From positions 6,008-70,007 of the forward strand of contig JAOQII010000002.1 of the NCBI GenBank assembly GCA_026134025.1: a stretch of DNA of 64,000 nucleotides, given 5' to 3'. The DNA is from Candidatus Syntropharchaeum sp. Lineage in GTDB: Archaea > Halobacteriota > Syntropharchaeia > Syntropharchaeales > Syntropharchaeaceae. Below, one piece after another: positions 20,906-30,824 of the stretch. Position 1 is the stretch's first letter. Every line of letters begins with the position of its first letter. Under the pieces are notes generated by a model. It did no database searches. It saw only the letters and a program-made list of their open reading frames with translations, and had not been told where the DNA came from. The position numbers and the translations under genes are program-made.

Positions 20906-22137
20906 ATGATCTGATGCTGATGCTCGCTGCGATTGTTGTGATCGTGCTTGGATCGATAGTCTCAGTCAGAACCCCAAAAGCAGGGCTTTATGGGGCGATA
21001 CTTGCGCTTATAATCGCATTCCTGGCCTGTGATTTACCCCAGTATGGCGTCTTCATCTTTGCGATAGCAATCCTGAATCTTGCATCACTTGGCGCACTGA
21101 AGAGCAAGATACAGGGCATCGACTACGGGCTCGTCGGTCTTATGGGTGTTGTAACGATGTACATCTTCAACACTGCGGATCTCTCGCTCGTTCTGGCATC
21201 GCTTGTGCTTGTATCAACGCCAACATATCTGCTTGTCATGATCCGCGAGGGTGGGGTAGATGTTGAGGTTGGGATAAAGTATATCACTTTCATGGTCATC
21301 GCAACCGTGTTATTCCTGATAGGCGCTGTGATCCTTGCAACAGAGATAAAATCGCTCTACATACTCGGATATGTGACACTCGTGATCGGACTTGCGCTCG
21401 AGGTGGGAATCGCACCGCTTCATGAGTGGGTGCCCGATATTTTCGCCCGTGCTGATCCAGTACCTGTATCGATCATCGCATCGATGGCTAAAGTGGTACC
21501 GTTTGTTGCAGCCATGAGGATACTTTACTCAACGTCCACAGAGCTTACCGCAGTTGTTACAGTATTTACAGCCGTTCTGGCAGCAGTATCAATGTTTATC
21601 GGAAATATCGGAGCTCTAACATCAAAGGAAGCTGCAAGAGTGCTTGGTTACTCGACCGTGGCAAACATGGGATATGTGCTCTCCTGCATGGTTGCAGTCA
21701 TAAACCCGGAATTTTTGGGTATTGCGCTTGCCGGCGGACTTCTGCTCCTCTTCTCAAATGCCGCAGGTAAGATCGGATTCCTCAATGCGATAAAAGGTGA
21801 GAACGCGTACTCGCCGCTGATGTATCTGCTTGCATTCTCATTCCTGGGCGTGCCACCGCTTCTTGGTTTCTGGGGGAAGTTATTTGTTGCAATAGCCCTT
21901 TTGAAGGTTGGATACCTCTGGCTTGCTGCAATACTTGTTATAAATGCTGCAATATCGATCCCCTATTATCTGCGGCTCGCAAAGGTTCTTGGCGGAGACT
22001 GGCATATTAACTTCACAAATATCATCGCAGTTGCGGTTGTGATCTTTGTAATGGTCACAATCATCCCGCCAACGTGGTTTGTTGAGGCAATCGAGACGCT
22101 CATTCCGCTGTTAGGTCTTACAGGAATTGGAGGGTAA
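20902..22137 (+). CDS. fqoN: F420H2:quinone oxidoreductase subunit N
   Basis: APLHEWVPD, LGYSTVANMGY, GVPPLLGFWGK. Confidence 0.85.
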   Translation: MNDLMLMLAAIVVIVLGSIVSVRTPKAGLYGAILALIIAFLACDLPQYGVFIFAIAILNLASLGALKSKIQGIDYGLVGLMGVVTMYIFNTADLSLVLASLVLVSTPTYLLVMIREGGVDVEVGIKYITFMVIATVLFLIGAVILATEIKSLYILGYVTLVIGLALEVGIAPLHEWVPDIFARADPVPVSIIASMAKVVPFVAAMRILYSTSTELTAVVTVFTAVLAAVSMFIGNIGALTSKEAARVLGYSTVANMGYVLSCMVAVINPEFLGIALAGGLLLLFSNAAGKIGFLNAIKGENAYSPLMYLLAFSFLGVPPLLGFWGKLFVAIALLKVGYLWLAAILVINAAISIPYYLRLAKVLGGDWHINFTNIIAVAVVIFVMVTIIPPTWFVEAIETLIPLLGLTGIGG

Positions 22138-22141
22138 AAAA

Positions 22142-22486
22142 ATGATAGAGAACGCTATTGTAATCGGAGTGATTCTTGCAGTCTGTGTGCTTACAGACGT
22201 GATGATCCTTGCACTTTCAAAGATTCTACCAACCTATCATCTATCTGATCTGAAGGTATCAAGATGGGAGGCTGGTAACCTGCCTGTACCTGCACCAAAG
22301 TCGCTCTTGCCGATGGAGTATCTCGGGTACATGTTCATATTCATGGCAGTGGAGCCTGTGGTTGTTGCAATACTTGTCCTCTCAGCCGTACCAGCTTTGA
22401 ATTTTATTATACTCCTCGCACTTTCATTTGTTCTCATCGTGCCAGCGATATACGTGGGGATAAAATCAACGACGGAGGCGATCTAA
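22142..22486 (+). CDS. fqoA: F420H2:quinone oxidoreductase subunit A
   Basis: 3-TM with K...WEAG loop and conserved Glu (AVE). Confidence 0.8.
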   Translation: MIENAIVIGVILAVCVLTDVMILALSKILPTYHLSDLKVSRWEAGNLPVPAPKSLLPMEYLGYMFIFMAVEPVVVAILVLSAVPALNFIILLALSFVLIVPAIYVGIKSTTEAI

Positions 22487-22487
22487 A

Positions 22488-24809
22488 ATGATGAAAGAGG
22501 AGGAAACACGAAACATTAATATCGTTAATTCAGAGCCGCTTTCACCCCTCAAGAAATGGTCAGCAAAATGGAGTTTATGGCCCTGCCACTTTGTAACCTC
22601 ATGCTGTGGTGTGGAGCTTGCCCATGCCTATGGCTGTGGTTATGATGGTGAGCGACTTGGATCGCTGGCGATGGGTATCTCACGGCAGGCGAACACGATC
22701 ATCGTTGAGGGTACAATTACCAGGAAAATGGCACGTCCATTGAGGGTTGTCTGGGAGCAGATGCCTGATCCGAAGTTTGTGAATGTGATCGGCGCGTGTG
22801 GAGAGCGCGGCGGGATATTCTGGAACAGCTATCATATCACACACCCCCACAGGATCGTGCCTGTCGATTTCTTCGTACCTGGCTGTCCTGTAACACCTGA
22901 AGCACTGTTGAGGGGCATACGTGCACTTCAGGACAAGATTGAGGGAGATGACCGATCAACAATCTCATTCAGGACTGTGGATCTTTCAGGAGCCGGGGGT
23001 AAGAAGAACCGGGTACCCGAAAGTCCAAAGATCATCGCACCAACCCCGCTTGTGAAGCCAGACATCCCATCTGGAGTTCGCTGGGAGGAGGGTGAGCAAA
23101 TCGTTGAGATGTTAAAAAAAGTGCTTGGAGAGCTTGTAATTTCAATCACAGTAACTGATAAGGATAGAATTGCCATAAAGACCACACCTGAGAATATCAG
23201 GGAAGTTGCAGCCCGATTATCAGCTGAGATGAAGATCGACCACGTAAAGAGCGTGAACGTCATCGATGTACCGCATGAGCGGAAGTTCATCATCGAGTAC
23301 ACAGCAGGAAGCTACGAGAAGGAGTTGATGCCTGTTTTATTCACGATATTTGCAGATCTTAGATCAGGTAAGGATGAAATCTCATTCCCGAGTCTTGCTG
23401 ACATCTGGATGAGTGCCGATTACACCGAGCGTGAGCTGCAGGATTTCTTTGGAGTTAAATTTGAGGGAAACCCAGGCAGGGAAGGAAACTTCCTATTAGC
23501 ACCTGATACGCCAAAGTTCCCGCTCAGAAGATCTTTTAAACTCGAAGAGGAGCGATACGTCCTTGAAGATGATAAGCCGTTCGCACCTGTGATCGACCCA
23601 CCGACCGAGTTTGATATACCGCTTCCCCCGGGGCTTGAAGAGGAGGTTGGGGCAGCAGGTGAGTATCTGCTTCTTGTTGGACCGCACCATACAGGAAGCG
23701 GACATCTGAGGTGGATCATGCGATTGAAGGGTGATACACTGAGCGAGGTTATACCAGATCCTGGATATGTCCACCGTTCGATGGAGAAACTTGCTGAGAA
23801 CAGACTGTATATCCAGAATATTCCACTATTTGAACGGCTATGTATTGTTGATCCCTTTAATGTGAACCTTGGTTATGTCAGAACAATCGAGAAAGCTCTC
23901 AAGATCGATGTACCAGAGCGTGCAACCTACATCAGGACGTTGATGGCAGAACTATCAAGGATTGACGCCTTCACGTACGATGCAGGAATATTCTCGCTCT
24001 TTATGGGTCACTCAACCGGTTTCATGTACCTGTGGGCGATAAGAGAGATGCTACTTGAGATGATAACCGCGATGACAGGCTCAAGGTGCAGTCCATCATT
24101 CATCATCCCTGGGGGTATAAGGCGCGACATCTCAGATGAGGTGCTCAATCTTGTGGAAAAGCTTCCAACCGCGGTTCAGGGTAGACTCCGTAAGTTTGAG
24201 GATATATTTGTGAATAACCCGGTTCTTATATCACGGGTCAAAGGTGTAGGCGTTTTATCAAGGGAGGATGCGATAAAAGCAGGGATTGTTGGACCATTTT
24301 TGAGGGCATCTGGCGTTGAGTATGACATCAGAAAGATTGAGCCTTATGAAGCCTATGGTGACCTTGACTGGGAAGTAATCGGTGCAGATGATGGGGATTG
24401 CCTTGTAAGATTCCTTGTAAGGCTTGAAGAGATGCAAGAGAGCCTCAATATCGTGAAACAGTGTGTAGAGAAGCTTAAGTCGATGGAGCGCGGAGGCGTG
24501 ATGAGTGAAGCTATACTTGGGGAGTACAGCGAGGCAAAAGATGACATACGCGGCTCATTCTACCGTGTCTTTGGCAATCTGGTTCTTCCACGGGGCGAGT
24601 GGAGCACGGTGACAGAGGCAGCACGTGGCACACTCTTCTTCTCTATACTGAGTGATGGTGACTCGAACGTACCCTATCGCGTGAGAACGATCTCGCCCAG
24701 CTGGTATAACCTGAGAGGGATCATTGAGGCATCGCGGGGTGAGAAGATGGCAGATTTCTGGGCGGTTTATGGAAGTTTTGGATATTTCCCGCCTGAGGCA
24801 GATAGGTGA
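22488..24809 (+). CDS. fqoBCD: Fused NuoB/C/D subunit of F420H2:quinone oxidoreductase
   Basis: TSCCGVE/PGCP (B), ERELQDFFGVKFEG (C), GPHH..GYVHRSMEKLAE (D); no NiFe CxxC pairs. Confidence 0.92.
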   Translation: MMKEEETRNINIVNSEPLSPLKKWSAKWSLWPCHFVTSCCGVELAHAYGCGYDGERLGSLAMGISRQANTIIVEGTITRKMARPLRVVWEQMPDPKFVNVIGACGERGGIFWNSYHITHPHRIVPVDFFVPGCPVTPEALLRGIRALQDKIEGDDRSTISFRTVDLSGAGGKKNRVPESPKIIAPTPLVKPDIPSGVRWEEGEQIVEMLKKVLGELVISITVTDKDRIAIKTTPENIREVAARLSAEMKIDHVKSVNVIDVPHERKFIIEYTAGSYEKELMPVLFTIFADLRSGKDEISFPSLADIWMSADYTERELQDFFGVKFEGNPGREGNFLLAPDTPKFPLRRSFKLEEERYVLEDDKPFAPVIDPPTEFDIPLPPGLEEEVGAAGEYLLLVGPHHTGSGHLRWIMRLKGDTLSEVIPDPGYVHRSMEKLAENRLYIQNIPLFERLCIVDPFNVNLGYVRTIEKALKIDVPERATYIRTLMAELSRIDAFTYDAGIFSLFMGHSTGFMYLWAIREMLLEMITAMTGSRCSPSFIIPGGIRRDISDEVLNLVEKLPTAVQGRLRKFEDIFVNNPVLISRVKGVGVLSREDAIKAGIVGPFLRASGVEYDIRKIEPYEAYGDLDWEVIGADDGDCLVRFLVRLEEMQESLNIVKQCVEKLKSMERGGVMSEAILGEYSEAKDDIRGSFYRVFGNLVLPRGEWSTVTEAARGTLFFSILSDGDSNVPYRVRTISPSWYNLRGIIEASRGEKMADFWAVYGSFGYFPPEADR

Positions 24810-24815
24810 TTTAAG

Positions 24816-25904
24816 ATGATGGGAACTATTGAAGCACTGATAAATTTGATGATGGCGGATCAGGTGGCGATACCGCTTCTTGATCCAATCTTAAATATCC
24901 TCTACGGGATACCACTTCTTGGGTATCTACTTGCCTTCATCCTCTGGAAGCCAATCTTTGCAGGGCTTGTATGTCCTGGCTTTGCAACGCTCGGGGTTAT
25001 CCTGATGCTCTTTCCATGGATTGAGCGAAAGCTTGTTGCACGGATGCAGTGGCGTGTTGGACCCAGAGAGATACTCCCGCAGTTTGGCGGCATCATCCAG
25101 CTTCTTGCAGACTCACTCAGATTCCTCTTCCAGGAGGTGATCGTCCACAGAGATGCAAAGCAACCTTACTTCGTGCAGTTCCCTGTGCTCTCATTCATCC
25201 CAGCACTTCTACCGCTTCTATTCATCCCTGCAGGGGTGATCGTTGCCGTTAAATCAGCCTACGGCGTCCAGATCATACTTGCACTCGTCTGCCTCTTTCC
25301 GTTCTTCATACTGGGGCTTGGCTGGGCATCAAACTCGAGGTTTGCATATATCGGGACGGTGAGAGAGGCGTTCATGTACTTTGCCTATGAGATCCCATTT
25401 ATAATCGCTGTTCTTGCGATGATTGTCCTCTATGGCACATCAGATCCCGTGGCAATCGCGGGAATGTCAGTTCCAGGAATCATCCTGAACCCGCTTGCAG
25501 CCCTCACATTCTTTATAGCTGCAGCGATGGCAACATCCCGTCTGCCCTTTGAGATTGCTGAGGCAGATCAGGAGCTTGCAGCAGGACCTCATGTTGAGTA
25601 TTCAGGGATCTTATTCGGGCTGATCTATGTGATGTGTTATGAGAAGATGTATATCCTTTCAGGGCTGATGACGATTCTATTTCTGGGAGGTGGCAGCGGC
25701 CCTGAGATTGCGATACTTGGCGACCTCTCAGGGGTTGTCTACTTCATGATAAAGACGGTGATTGTTATGACGCTTCTGGCCGCCCTACGTGGTGTCTATC
25801 CAAGATACAGGCTTGATCAGGGATTGAAGATTGGGTGGAGTTCGATGCTGATCATGGGTACACTTGCACTTGTAATATCACTCGCGGAGGTTCTGATCTT
25901 ATGA
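24816..25904 (+). CDS. fqoH: F420H2:quinone oxidoreductase subunit H
   Basis: ERKLVARMQWRVGP, RLPFEIAEADQEL, PRYRLDQ. Confidence 0.93.
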   Translation: MMGTIEALINLMMADQVAIPLLDPILNILYGIPLLGYLLAFILWKPIFAGLVCPGFATLGVILMLFPWIERKLVARMQWRVGPREILPQFGGIIQLLADSLRFLFQEVIVHRDAKQPYFVQFPVLSFIPALLPLLFIPAGVIVAVKSAYGVQIILALVCLFPFFILGLGWASNSRFAYIGTVREAFMYFAYEIPFIIAVLAMIVLYGTSDPVAIAGMSVPGIILNPLAALTFFIAAAMATSRLPFEIAEADQELAAGPHVEYSGILFGLIYVMCYEKMYILSGLMTILFLGGGSGPEIAILGDLSGVVYFMIKTVIVMTLLAALRGVYPRYRLDQGLKIGWSSMLIMGTLALVISLAEVLIL

Positions 25905-26635
25905 AGAAGATTGTAGCACCTGATTACGGGCTTGGCGAGACTGTAAAGTCTCATGCTGCTGCTATCAAGGTTGCAATCAAAGAAGCTATCCTACCACAGA
26001 CTGTCACATCTCACTACCCAGGAGAGCGACGCAGGATGCCAGACTGCTTCAGGGGCTATCTTCGCTTTGACCCTGAGATGTGCATAAGCTGCTTCCAGTG
26101 CAGCTTCATCTGCCCTGCAAACGCAATTGGGATGCGTGAGGCACCTGATAATCGCTACTATCCAACGATAGACTATGGGAAGTGTATCTTCTGCTACTTC
26201 TGTCTTGATTCATGTCCAGGCGGTGCGCTCAAGCCGACAAAAGTTCATGATGTTGCGTACAATGATGTGGATGAGATGTTGACTCCTACCTGTGATATGA
26301 TCGATATGCCCGAGATTATCCGTGAAGATGAACGGTATGTCGAGTATAAGATAGACGAGCATGACCTCAGCCTCGAGCGCGTAAAAGGACTGGATGACCT
26401 TGCAGTTGAGCTTCCAGAGCTGGAAAAGATCTCTATGGTCTCAGTCTGTGTTGCTCCTGAGAACTGTCTTTCCTGCAGGGTCTGTGAAGAGGTATGCGAG
26501 AGTGGAGCGATCACGTCAGCATTGGATGGAGATGAAATCAGAATGACCATTGATACCACGACCTGCAACGGTTGTGGGTTGTGTGTCAAGGAGTGTTCAA
26601 TGCAGGTACTGAGGCTTGTCAGGAGGGAGATTTAG
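25901..26635 (+). CDS. fqoI: F420H2:quinone oxidoreductase subunit I with an extra C-terminal ferredoxin domain
   Basis: Four CxxCxxCxxxC motifs; T..YP...FRG NuoI start. Confidence 0.88.
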   Translation: MKKIVAPDYGLGETVKSHAAAIKVAIKEAILPQTVTSHYPGERRRMPDCFRGYLRFDPEMCISCFQCSFICPANAIGMREAPDNRYYPTIDYGKCIFCYFCLDSCPGGALKPTKVHDVAYNDVDEMLTPTCDMIDMPEIIREDERYVEYKIDEHDLSLERVKGLDDLAVELPELEKISMVSVCVAPENCLSCRVCEEVCESGAITSALDGDEIRMTIDTTTCNGCGLCVKECSMQVLRLVRREI

Positions 26636-26637
26636 TA

Positions 26638-27702
26638 ATGGCAGCAGCAGGGAAGTTTGAGTGGAAAATCGCCATTGTCAATAAACCGTTGAAGGATAAG
26701 ACATACTTTGAGAACCTGAAAGAAACAGTGATCGATACAGGGATCTGCAGTCGATGCCTGACGTGCGCGTGTATCTGCCCTGTTGATGGAATAATCGCAG
26801 CAAAACCTGTGGACTTTCCTGACTACAAAGAGCGGTGTACCGATTGTGGTGCCTGTGTAAGGGTATGTCCCAGGTTTGATTATAAGCCAAAGTACGGGAT
26901 GGGCGAGTACCTGGAGTTTGTCGCGGCAAAATCAAACCGTTTTGTTGGACAGGACGGTGCGATGGTAACAGAGATCATGATGTCAGCGATTGAGATGGGT
27001 ATGATCGATCGGGCGCTCTTTGTGGGTAGAAACGATGAATGGATGACTGAAGTCTTTCACGTCTACGATCCATCTCAGCTTGAGATGGGAACGCTCACCG
27101 GGACAAAGTACACATTTGCAACAGTCCTTAAGGATCTTAAAAAAGCGGTTCTATTATCAAAGAAAGGTGTTGGGATCGTTGGAACGCCCTGCATCGTATC
27201 AGGTGTTAAGAAGCTACAGAAGGAATATCCACTCTTTCGTGAGCGGGTGAAACTTGTTGTGGGACTGTTCTGTACAGAAAACTTCCACTACGAGGAGCTC
27301 GCAGCATTCTTAAGTGAGAAGGGTGTTGACCATAACAGACTCATAAAGACGGATATCACAAAGGGCAAGTTCATCGCCACAATGGAGGGTGAAGAAGAGC
27401 CTGTTACCTTCAAGGTGAAAGAGCTGGAGGAGATACTACCATCAGGCTGTAGCGTCTGTACCGACTTTACCGCAGTTGAGGCCGATGTCAGTGTGGGCAG
27501 TGTGGGTAGCAAGCCAGGCTTCTCAAGTGTGGCGGTTCGTGAGAAGAATGCGGCAGAGGTCATGGACTATATCCGTGAAAAGGGGTATGCAGAGTTTGGT
27601 GGTGATGCGGTGGAGAAACAGCTTGAATTCCTGATCAACTACAAGATCGGGAGGTTCTATGTCGAGACCGCCGAGGAAGAAGGAAGAGATAAAAGTTTAT
27701 AA
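26638..27702 (+). CDS. fqoF: F420H2-oxidizing subunit F (FrhB family with N-terminal ferredoxin)
   Basis: Two ferredoxin motifs, GQDGAMVT, VGTPC, GLFCTENF, CSVCTDF, ADVSVGSVG. Confidence 0.88.
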   Translation: MAAAGKFEWKIAIVNKPLKDKTYFENLKETVIDTGICSRCLTCACICPVDGIIAAKPVDFPDYKERCTDCGACVRVCPRFDYKPKYGMGEYLEFVAAKSNRFVGQDGAMVTEIMMSAIEMGMIDRALFVGRNDEWMTEVFHVYDPSQLEMGTLTGTKYTFATVLKDLKKAVLLSKKGVGIVGTPCIVSGVKKLQKEYPLFRERVKLVVGLFCTENFHYEELAAFLSEKGVDHNRLIKTDITKGKFIATMEGEEEPVTFKVKELEEILPSGCSVCTDFTAVEADVSVGSVGSKPGFSSVAVREKNAAEVMDYIREKGYAEFGGDAVEKQLEFLINYKIGRFYVETAEEEGRDKSL

Positions 27703-27738
27703 TGATAATGATAGTATTCAGGTAATGGTGGGGATATA

Positions 27739-28185
27739 TTGAAGACAGACCTGGTCTATTGGGAAGATGAGATTGGAAAGACGCCAAAGAAGATTTCAGT
27801 AGACGTAAGTCCCTATGGTATACAATTGGGGACGAGAGCAGAGTGGCAGATGGGAATTGCTGCAGAGGATAAGAAGGTTGAGGCAAATGTATTGACGCCG
27901 ATCAAAATAATGCCGGTAACGGTCCCAGAAGGGGCGATTGTGCTACCATGTATCTTCATGCGACACGCACTTGGAATCGTTACAGGTATTACATGCAGTG
28001 GAAGATGTAAACCCGTCGAAGAGGAACGTACAATCTCTGAGGTTCTCTTTCATCCGATTGAAAGTGGCGTAATTTATAAAAATGAGCTTTTGACCGTTAT
28101 AAACATCATACCTGCTGCAATTGAGGAAGAGCTGCCGAGCAAAGAAGCGGTATACAGGTGGATGCAAAAGCGATATGAGGAATGA
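27739..28185 (+). CDS. DUF22-like protein
   Basis: P..AIVLPC..MRHALG..V...VEEERTI pattern recalled from archaeal DUF22 proteins. Confidence 0.6.
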   Translation: MKTDLVYWEDEIGKTPKKISVDVSPYGIQLGTRAEWQMGIAAEDKKVEANVLTPIKIMPVTVPEGAIVLPCIFMRHALGIVTGITCSGRCKPVEEERTISEVLFHPIESGVIYKNELLTVINIIPAAIEEELPSKEAVYRWMQKRYEE

Positions 28186-28604
28186 GCTGGCAACCAAAAA
28201 TACTTGCATTCTGCTGTAACTGGTGCTCGTATGCAGGGGCTGATCTTGCAGGGGTTGAACGGAGGCAGATGCCACCCACGGTCAGGATCATACGCGTCAT
28301 GTGCTCAGGCACGGTTGATCCTGCCTGGGTACTTGAGGCTTTTTTAGAGGGTGTGGACGGCGTACTGATAACAGGTTGCCATCCTGGAGAATGTCATTAC
28401 CTTAATGCAAATTATCATACGGCGAGGAGATACCGCCTGCTCGAGGCGTTTGTTAAGGAGTTCGGGCTTGAACCAGCACGACTGCGACTTGAGTGGATCG
28501 CAGCAACAGAGGGCGTTAAGTTTGCAGAGGTTGTGCGAGATATGACCGATAAAATCAGGGCACTTGGCCCAAGCCCGCTAAGGCCAGAAGAGGGGGTTAG
28601 GTGA
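28182..28604 (+). CDS. mvhD: MvhD/FlpD [2Fe-2S] subunit
   Basis: FCCNWCSYAGAD, RVMCSG, GCHPGECHY. Confidence 0.95.
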   Translation: MSWQPKILAFCCNWCSYAGADLAGVERRQMPPTVRIIRVMCSGTVDPAWVLEAFLEGVDGVLITGCHPGECHYLNANYHTARRYRLLEAFVKEFGLEPARLRLEWIAATEGVKFAEVVRDMTDKIRALGPSPLRPEEGVR

Positions 28605-29749
28605 CGGGTCAATCATACCTTGCATGGGCTAAAGACCCTGAGATCAGAAAACGTGGTGGTTCAGGTGGGTTTGTGACAGCAGCACTTATTGCAGGCATCA
28701 AAGAGGGGATCATCGATGAAGTGCTCCTTGTCAGGCGGATCGATCAGTTCGAGAGTGTACCATACCTGACTCATGATCCTGAGGAGGTTAAATCAGCGAG
28801 CAGTCCACAGCTTGCAGCACCATTAAATCTCTCATCCTACATACCCAGGGGCGTAAAGGTTGCTGTCACGACGAAGCCATGTGATGCAAGGGCGATCATT
28901 GAACGTGCAAAGCGCGGACGTTTCGAGCTTGAGGATGTCTACATGGTTGGACTCAACTGCGGGGGTACGATGCCACCGGTATCAACCGTAGCGTCGGTTC
29001 GTGATATCTTCGGAGTTGATCCTGATACGGTTACAGGTATTGAGATCGAGAGAGGAGAGCTTATCTTCAAGCGAGATAGAGGCGAAGATTTGACCATCTC
29101 AATCGATGAAGCTGAGAAGAAGGGCTATGGTAGGCGTGAGTCGTGTAAGTACTGTAATACCAACATCCCTGAAATGGCAGATCTTGCATGTGGGAACTGG
29201 GGTGTGCCATCTGATCAAAGAGCAACATTTGTCGAGATCCTGAGTGCAAAGGGTGAAGAGCTTTTTGAGGCTGCAAAGAAAACTTCCATGATCGAGTTTG
29301 AGGATGCAACTCAGAAAGAGCTCGAAAAGCGCCTGAAAATAGACAGGCGAATGCGTGAACTTGCGAATCGAAGGTGGGATGAGGTTGCTGGTGTGCTTGA
29401 TGAAATGGATCGCTTAGCCTATTATATCAACGAGTTTAGCCGTTGTATCCATTGTGAAAGCTGTAAGATCGTCTGTCCAGTATGTGTTTGTGAGGCTGAT
29501 GCCAAGTGCCTTGATATGGGACAGGGAAACAATCATTACAGGATCTCACTCTATAATATGATCAGGCTCTTTCATCTGATGGACTCGTGCATCGGTTGTG
29601 GGCAGTGTGAGGACGTATGCCCGGTTGATATACCACTCACCATGATTCACCAGCGATTTGAGAGGCGGATGGAGGAGATGATTGGCTATCGACCTGGTTT
29701 TGATCTTCAAAAGCCACCGCTGCAAAAGCCAGAGGAAGGGGTGAAGTGA
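28601..29749 (+). CDS. fdhB: F420-binding FdhB-like subunit (FrhB family plus C-terminal ferredoxin)
   Basis: SGGFVT, KPCDARA, GLNCGG, ADLACGNWG, CIHCESC, CIGCGQCEDVCP. Confidence 0.85.
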   Translation: MTGQSYLAWAKDPEIRKRGGSGGFVTAALIAGIKEGIIDEVLLVRRIDQFESVPYLTHDPEEVKSASSPQLAAPLNLSSYIPRGVKVAVTTKPCDARAIIERAKRGRFELEDVYMVGLNCGGTMPPVSTVASVRDIFGVDPDTVTGIEIERGELIFKRDRGEDLTISIDEAEKKGYGRRESCKYCNTNIPEMADLACGNWGVPSDQRATFVEILSAKGEELFEAAKKTSMIEFEDATQKELEKRLKIDRRMRELANRRWDEVAGVLDEMDRLAYYINEFSRCIHCESCKIVCPVCVCEADAKCLDMGQGNNHYRISLYNMIRLFHLMDSCIGCGQCEDVCPVDIPLTMIHQRFERRMEEMIGYRPGFDLQKPPLQKPEEGVK

Positions 29750-30738
29750 TGGAGTTTATACCGAGTATCTGTCCTGGGTGCTGTATCAACTGCGGGCTTT
29801 ACATCGTGAGGGATGAAGATGGTGGTATCAGGATTGACTACCGTAAATCATCCTCGGTCAATGAGGGTAAACTATGCAGATTCGGGGTAGAGCTTGGAGA
29901 CCTTTACTCACAGGAGCATCTTAAAGCCACCGTGAATGGTAAAGAGGTTGATTTTAATACCGCAAAAAAAGAAGCTTTGAAGCGGTTGAAGAAAACTGAT
30001 CCCAGATCGACAGGATTTTTAGCAATGGGTAACTCAACGAATGAGGAGATACGGGCGTTCAAGAAACTTGCAGGGGAGCTAGGAATTCGGAATATCGACT
30101 GTGGTCTATCAAAGCAGATTTTGAACGTGCCTGAAGCTGCAAGAAATTATCTCACAGCAGGAGTACCACTCAGAGAGATTGAGCAGGCAGAGAAGATCCT
30201 GCTGATCTCGTTCAACCCGGAAAACTACCCACTTATCATCAGGAGATTGCTTCGCGCAGAGCGGAATGGTGCTGAACTTCTCAAGGTCGGGTCCGGTGAG
30301 CCATATGTGGGAAGGGGTGCGATTATAGTCTCAGAGCTTGCCCCAACGAGTGATCCTGCATCCATCAGGCAAATCATTGAAGAAGCAGATGATACAGCCA
30401 CAATTCTTTTCATGAAGCCGTATGCAAACTTAAATGGTGCAATTAGACTTGGCTTCTATGGGTTTGACCTGATCGAGGCAATAAGAAGCGATGAGATAAA
30501 ATCACTATTTCTGCTTGATCCTCCACCAGGTTATGAAGATATATTCCACGACCTTGAGCTTCTTGTTGTTCAATCAGATCATGAGAGTGAGGTAACAGAG
30601 ATGGCAGATATTACACTTCCTTCACCACGTTTTTTCGAGCGAAGAGGGACGGTCGTGAATGTTGAGGGTGACGTGCTGCCAGTCGGTGGCGATTCGGGAG
30701 CAGGTGTTGAGATTCCCTCAAAGATCATTTTTCCTTAA
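29746..30738 (+). CDS. Short molybdopterin-oxidoreductase-family protein (truncated FdhA-like)
   Basis: CPGCCINC...GKLC N-terminal [4Fe-4S] motif, STNEE, ADITLP..FFERRGTVVNVEG; only 330 aa. Confidence 0.75.
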   Translation: MMEFIPSICPGCCINCGLYIVRDEDGGIRIDYRKSSSVNEGKLCRFGVELGDLYSQEHLKATVNGKEVDFNTAKKEALKRLKKTDPRSTGFLAMGNSTNEEIRAFKKLAGELGIRNIDCGLSKQILNVPEAARNYLTAGVPLREIEQAEKILLISFNPENYPLIIRRLLRAERNGAELLKVGSGEPYVGRGAIIVSELAPTSDPASIRQIIEEADDTATILFMKPYANLNGAIRLGFYGFDLIEAIRSDEIKSLFLLDPPPGYEDIFHDLELLVVQSDHESEVTEMADITLPSPRFFERRGTVVNVEGDVLPVGGDSGAGVEIPSKIIFP

Positions 30739-30824
30739 AACCACTAAGTATATATAGAAGGAGTAGCAATAAGCTTACTCGCAACGATATATGTGAATTA
30801 ATTGTGATCGAAAGGAGGCATTAA

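Noticed and set aside
22488..24809. Possible group 4 [NiFe]-hydrogenase large subunit
   Set aside because: No N- and C-terminal CxxC nickel ligands (ERLCIVD; GYFPPEADR), so it is NuoD-like
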